From: Candidatus Tayloriibacteriota bacterium
Lineage (GTDB): Bacteria; Patescibacteriota; Minisyncoccia; Phycocordibacterales; PALSA-1337
Reading direction: 5' to 3'
Length of the DNA stretch: 64,000 nt
Assembly: GCA_016215455.1 (NCBI GenBank)
Contig: JACRJP010000004.1
Span: 21,132 to 85,131 of the forward strand
Both the position numbers and the translations under genes were made by a program. The notes under the pieces are model-generated. The model was not told the DNA's origin. It saw nothing but the letters and a program-made list of their open reading frames with translations, and did not search any database. Of the stretch, positions 59,801-64,000 are shown one piece after another. The number at the start of each line of letters is the position of its first letter. Position 1 is the first letter of the stretch.

Positions 59801-59936
59801 GGCAATAAGTATCCAATTTTGACCATGAAATCCCTATAAACAAAGAATAAACTACAAATAAAGGCTTTATCGGCCAAAAGGGTTGATTTTTTATCGCACG
59901 TACGGTATAGTGGTAGGACCAAATTTATAGACGACT

Positions 59937-60209
59937 ATGGCAACCAAAAAATCCGCAGGTGTATCAAAAAACGGTAGAGATTCAGGTCCTAAATACCTGG
60001 GTGTGAAGATCAATGCTGGTCAGACAGCTCGCATTGGGGAAATCATTCTTCGACAGCGTGGAACTCAAGTTATGCCAGGTAAGAATGTTGGCATCGGACG
60101 AGATCATACTCTTTTCGCTCTCAAAGAAGGTAAGGTAGAGTTTGGAACAAAGCGAAAGACAAACTTCGACAACACAATGACACGAAAGAACATTGTGCAC
60201 GTGATGTAA
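59937..60209 (+). CDS. rpmA: 50S ribosomal protein L27
   Basis: [30 protein letters not shown]...[18 protein letters not shown]. Confidence 0.98.
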   Translation: MATKKSAGVSKNGRDSGPKYLGVKINAGQTARIGEIILRQRGTQVMPGKNVGIGRDHTLFALKEGKVEFGTKRKTNFDNTMTRKNIVHVM

Positions 60210-60230
60210 GGAGACAAACTCATCAACAAC

Positions 60231-60256
60231 AAAAAAGACCCTCGAGGGTCTTTTTT
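60231..60256 (+). terminator. Rho-independent terminator
   Basis: AAAAAAGACCC-TCGA-GGGTCTTTTTT. Confidence 0.85.
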
Positions 60257-60339
60257 GTTGTGCACAGAAATTGACAGAATCAAGATATATGGTAATTTTT
60301 GGAAAGAACACTACTCTTTTCCAACCACTAGGTTAGATC

Positions 60340-60948
60340 ATGCACTACATCCTACGACCAAAGAAAAGTCCTTCTGATGGTCTTTTTCTTTCTAGCATTC
60401 CACCCCTGTTCTTTGCCGGACCTGTGAGGGGTGGTGATGACTGGCAAAGCATTGCTTTCTCGAGACTCAGACATCTGCTGCCAAGTTTCTGCGCTGTGAT
60501 TCCAATTCCTGATGACGCGGAACGTCTTGGGATGTTATCCTATGGCAAAAACCATCTTCTCGCACGACATTTCATCGGTTTAGACCACGGTGATTTTGAT
60601 CGCCAACTCAATTGGGAGCGGCACTTCATGCGCTACGCCGCTTTGCATGGATGTCTCATCTTTTGGCTTCCTGCCGAGAGCACGACCAATCCTCGTCCTG
60701 AAGGATACTTTGGTCGAGACACCATGGGTGAGCTCGGCGAATGGCGAGGGCGTCTGTTTGAAAATTCTCAACGACGAGCAAACGTTATGCGCGGCTATCG
60801 TGTAGTCATTGGTGGTGAACCCGGATTTCCTGGATTCGATACCATTGAACGGAATTTCAAACTCGCCCTCGGTAACCAATTCCCCATCTACCCAACACTC
60901 GACGAAACACTCGAGGCTGCGGTAGCCTTACTACAGGGTGGTAAATAA
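60340..60948 (+). CDS. Nucleoside 2-deoxyribosyltransferase-like protein
   Basis: LFFAGPVRGG.DWQ, Q..WE..., CLIFWLP, T.GELG motifs. Own TTGACA promoter at 60271. Confidence 0.65.
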   Translation: MHYILRPKKSPSDGLFLSSIPPLFFAGPVRGGDDWQSIAFSRLRHLLPSFCAVIPIPDDAERLGMLSYGKNHLLARHFIGLDHGDFDRQLNWERHFMRYAALHGCLIFWLPAESTTNPRPEGYFGRDTMGELGEWRGRLFENSQRRANVMRGYRVVIGGEPGFPGFDTIERNFKLALGNQFPIYPTLDETLEAAVALLQGGK

Positions 60949-61000
60949 ACAAAATCCTGCACGAAGCAGGACTATGTTTAATTTTTATTATTTTTTTAAC

Positions 61001-61444
61001 TTAAGCTGCCTTCACAACGAGGGTAAACTTTGCACTCTTCTGTCCAACTTTTACGGTAACCTGATGTTCCCCCACTTCCTTGATTGGCTTCTCAAGCGCA
61101 AGATGTTCTGGAGCAATTGTTACACGTGCTTGCTGAGCAAGTGCGGGGATAATTTCAGCAGCATGAAGCCCAGCAAAAAGATGTCCCTTATCATTCGCTT
61201 TACCTGTAAGCGTAATACTTACACTACTGAGTTGATTGAGATTCTGTGTAAGGAGTTCATCCTGAACCTTTCTCTCCCCTTCTTCACGAGATCGTTCTAG
61301 ACCTATACGCTTTTCTGCATCAGGTGTTGCGATAACTGCGTGTTTATTAGGTATAAGAAAGTTGAGAGCATAGCCGTCTGAAACATTCTTTGTCTCATAC
61401 TTTCGACCTATTTTGGGCACATCCTTAAGAAAAATGACTTTCAT
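61001..61444 (-). CDS. rplI: 50S ribosomal protein L9
   Basis: [38 protein letters not shown]. Confidence 0.97.
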   Translation of the reverse strand: MKVIFLKDVPKIGRKYETKNVSDGYALNFLIPNKHAVIATPDAEKRIGLERSREEGERKVQDELLTQNLNQLSSVSITLTGKANDKGHLFAGLHAAEIIPALAQQARVTIAPEHLALEKPIKEVGEHQVTVKVGQKSAKFTLVVKAA

Positions 61445-61479
61445 ACTGTAATACTTATTGATTGATTAATATCTGCATC

Positions 61480-62754
61480 TTACGGCAAAGCACGTAATAT
61501 CTCAACTGCCTTATCAAACTGTGGATCTTTCTTTGCATCAAGATCTTTTTGAGTAATTTCTACCTTAACATCAGGATTCAAACCGTCATGTGAGAGGTTG
61601 TGACCATCTGGGGTAAGCCATCGAGCAACAGTAACCTTAAGAGATGTATCTGAGGTAAGTTTAATTAATTCTTGAACAGAACCCTTACCGAATGTTTTTG
61701 TTCCAACAAGCTGTGCAATACCGTGTTCACGAAGTGCTCCAGCAAGAATCTCTGATGCCGAAGCTGAACCACCGTTGACGAGGATAATCATCTTGAAACG
61801 ATCATGATTAAAGATGTCATACCCCTTACTTCGAAACACGATAGGACTTTGTTTTGCACCAAAATCTTCAGTTACAATTATCTTTCCAACCGGAAGGAAC
61901 CAACTTGCAATATCCTGAGCTGCTTCAAGATATCCACCGGGGTTACCTCGAAGATCAAGAATCATCTTATGAGAACCTGACGCAATAAAGTCACGGAGAG
62001 CTCCTCTAAAGAGATTTGGAGATTTTTCAGTAAAGCTGAAGAGTTTGATAACAAATATTCCATCTTTTCGAAGTCCTACAGTACTACTTGCTGTTCCATC
62101 AGAAGAATCTCCACTACCTGATTTTAATTGTGTCTCAACTGTTGGGACATCAATCACGTCACGAGTAATTTCTTTATCAACAACACCCGCAGTCCCTTCA
62201 CGAGCAAAAGAGATCTTTACCTTTGTTCCCTTCTTTCCTCGTATGAGTTTTACTGCTCGATCAACTCCAAGATCATTCGTTGTTTGACCATCAATACTCA
62301 AAATCTTATCACCACTTCGTACCCCTGCACGCTCAGCTGGACTTCCTTTAATTGGAGATACAACTGTAAGGATGTTATCTTTGATACCAATCTCCATACC
62401 TACCCCTTCAAAATTTCCGGCAATATCTCCTTCAAAAAGTTTTGATTCCTCAGGTGGGAAAAAGACCGTATACGGATCACCATTTGATGCAGCTAGTCCT
62501 TTGATTGCTCCCCAAACTTTCGTTTGTGCATCAGTTGATGTACCAACAAATTTATCATCAAGAATTTTCCATGCTTTCCAAAAAGGAGCAAATTGTGCTT
62601 CCGTCAGAGTATTCAAACCAGAAATTGCTGGTAGATTAGAGGATTTTGATGAGGCAGATTGATTTCCCACATAGGTACCAATACCAAAACTCATCAGCAA
62701 CAAAGCAGCTACAACAATTACTTTGGCGGTTATTTTTTCATGGGATGTATTCAT
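61480..62754 (-). CDS. ctpA: Carboxy-terminal processing protease (S41A, PDZ)
   Basis: DPYT.F, FEGVG.EI, PDZ domain, ILDLRGNPGG, SASASEI.AGAL, TFGKGSVQ. Confidence 0.93.
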   Translation of the reverse strand: MNTSHEKITAKVIVVAALLLMSFGIGTYVGNQSASSKSSNLPAISGLNTLTEAQFAPFWKAWKILDDKFVGTSTDAQTKVWGAIKGLAASNGDPYTVFFPPEESKLFEGDIAGNFEGVGMEIGIKDNILTVVSPIKGSPAERAGVRSGDKILSIDGQTTNDLGVDRAVKLIRGKKGTKVKISFAREGTAGVVDKEITRDVIDVPTVETQLKSGSGDSSDGTASSTVGLRKDGIFVIKLFSFTEKSPNLFRGALRDFIASGSHKMILDLRGNPGGYLEAAQDIASWFLPVGKIIVTEDFGAKQSPIVFRSKGYDIFNHDRFKMIILVNGGSASASEILAGALREHGIAQLVGTKTFGKGSVQELIKLTSDTSLKVTVARWLTPDGHNLSHDGLNPDVKVEITQKDLDAKKDPQFDKAVEILRALP

Positions 62755-62829
62755 AGGTCGCTCTATTATGTCAAAAACCGTGCAATCGCACAAATAAATA
62801 TGTATAATAACAGCACATAATTACGTCAT

Positions 62830-63750
62830 ATGCTACATACCTATACATATAAGAGACTTACGTGGATTGATCTTGAGGCACCAACAACCGATGAGGTGGC
62901 TAAAGTAATGAATGACTACCGTCTTCACCCTCTTGTAGCAGAAGAACTCGTCAACCCAACACTGAAGCCTAAAGTAGATTTCTATAAGGACTATATATAT
63001 GTGGTGCTTCGTTTTCCTTTCAGAAAGCGTAATCTCCATAGTTATGTTGCTGTGGATAAAGAAGTCGACTTTGTTATTTCAAAAGATTTCATTATCACCA
63101 CTCATTACGACACTGTCGAACCTCTTCATAATTTCTCAAAGATGTTTGAGGTGAATTCTATAGTTGATAAAGGAGGTATGGGTGAACATGCAGGCTATGT
63201 ATTCTACTATATGCTCAAACACATTTATAAGAATATGTTGAGTGAACTCGATAGTATCAAAACAGCTCTCGGTGACGCTGAAGAACTTGTATTCACTGGT
63301 CGTGAAAAAGAAATGGTACGAACTATCTCAGAACTATCACGCGAGCTCATCAACTTCCGACAATCAGCTCGAGCTCATAAGGATGTTCTTGAGAGTTTTG
63401 CTATAGCAAGTAAAGAACTCTTCGGTGAAAACTTTAGTTACTATGTGAGTGACTTACAATCAGAATACATGAAGACCTACGAAGTTATTAATAATTCACG
63501 AGAATTAGTGAATGATCTTCGAGAAACGAATGACTCACTTCTTTCTACAAAACAAAATGAGACCATGAAGACACTTACCATCATGGCATTCATTACCTTC
63601 CCCCTCTCTCTCATCACTGATATTTTCTCAATCCCCACAGAACATACACCAATTATCGGATACCTCTTCGACTTTGAGATTATTCTCGGTATTATGGTTC
63701 TGTTTACGATAGGTATGTTCTTCTTCTTTAAATACAAGAAGTGGCTCTAA
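62830..63750 (+). CDS. corA: CorA-family divalent cation transporter
   Basis: WIDL..P, LHPL..E, RPK-like KPKVD, QNE.MK.LTI and two C-terminal TMs. The GMN signature is replaced by SIP. Confidence 0.85.
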   Translation: MLHTYTYKRLTWIDLEAPTTDEVAKVMNDYRLHPLVAEELVNPTLKPKVDFYKDYIYVVLRFPFRKRNLHSYVAVDKEVDFVISKDFIITTHYDTVEPLHNFSKMFEVNSIVDKGGMGEHAGYVFYYMLKHIYKNMLSELDSIKTALGDAEELVFTGREKEMVRTISELSRELINFRQSARAHKDVLESFAIASKELFGENFSYYVSDLQSEYMKTYEVINNSRELVNDLRETNDSLLSTKQNETMKTLTIMAFITFPLSLITDIFSIPTEHTPIIGYLFDFEIILGIMVLFTIGMFFFFKYKKWL

Positions 63751-63760
63751 TATAGTTCGT

Positions 63761-64000
63761 ATGAAGATACATAACACACTGACAGGCAAACTCGAAGAAT
63801 TTATTCCCCTCACCAAGAATCATGTTGGTATGTATCACTGTGGTCCGACAGTATACGACACAGCCCATATTGGTAACTTCCGTACATTCATAATGAACGA
63901 TATTGTACGTCGTGTTTTTGAATACAATAACTACCATGTCATGCAAGTGATGAATGTCACTGACATTGATGATAAGACAATTCGACGAAGTCGTGATGAA
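63761..64000 (+). CDS. cysS: Cysteinyl-tRNA synthetase (3'-truncated by window edge)
   Basis: Not in ORF track: [14 protein letters not shown]...[20 protein letters not shown]...[11 protein letters not shown]. Confidence 0.95.
   Translation, partial: MKIHNTLTGKLEEFIPLTKNHVGMYHCGPTVYDTAHIGNFRTFIMNDIVRRVFEYNNYHVMQVMNVTDIDDKTIRRSRDE

Noticed and set aside
426-63946. Numerous 60-200 aa ORFs overlapping core genes in other frames or antisense (e.g. 426-1001, 15496-16089, 31783-32298, 55405-55953)
   Set aside because: Shadow ORFs produced by codon bias of the real genes; no motifs or independent expression signals.
1-64000. Alternative genetic code 25 (Gracilibacteria/Absconditabacteria)
   Set aside because: Long conserved genes are uninterrupted under code 11, and TGA terminates genes such as uvrC and ftsW.

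Overview
A 64 kb, AT-rich bacterial window using the standard code (TGA is a stop). Gene content and streamlined proteins point to a Patescibacteria/CPR (Parcubacteria-like) genome; this is inferred, not from a database. The + strand carries a housekeeping backbone: FIST/histidine kinase/double receiver, uvrA, uvrC, ddl, tRNA-Ala, zwf, ychF, leuS, mltG, mnmA, udg, alaS, infA-rpmJ-rpsM-rpsK-rpsD-rpoA-rplQ-rplM-rpsI, grpE-dnaK-dnaJ, trpS, scpAB, ftsW-murG, rpmA, corA and cysS. rplI and ctpA are on the - strand. Many core genes have a -10 hexamer 6-8 nt before the ATG and no Shine-Dalgarno, suggesting leaderless mRNAs. Single orphan genes with their own TTGAC[A/T] promoters are interleaved, often antisense. 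Most notable observations: (1) a ~350-nt, promoter- and terminator-bounded, highly structured non-coding region between trpS and scpA that matches no standard RNA I recognise; (2) a LeuRS with intact Nudix and HAD hydrolase domains inserted; (3) two unannotated leader-peptide attenuators, one with W-L-W upstream of trpS and one before an ABC exporter; (4) a one-gene islet in tRNA-Ala bounded by a degenerate tRNA 3' repeat, encoding an ADP-ribosyltransferase-like protein; (5) a small ORF between grpE and dnaK ending in a RAP arrest-like motif. No CRISPR array, rRNA, transposase or integrase was seen.
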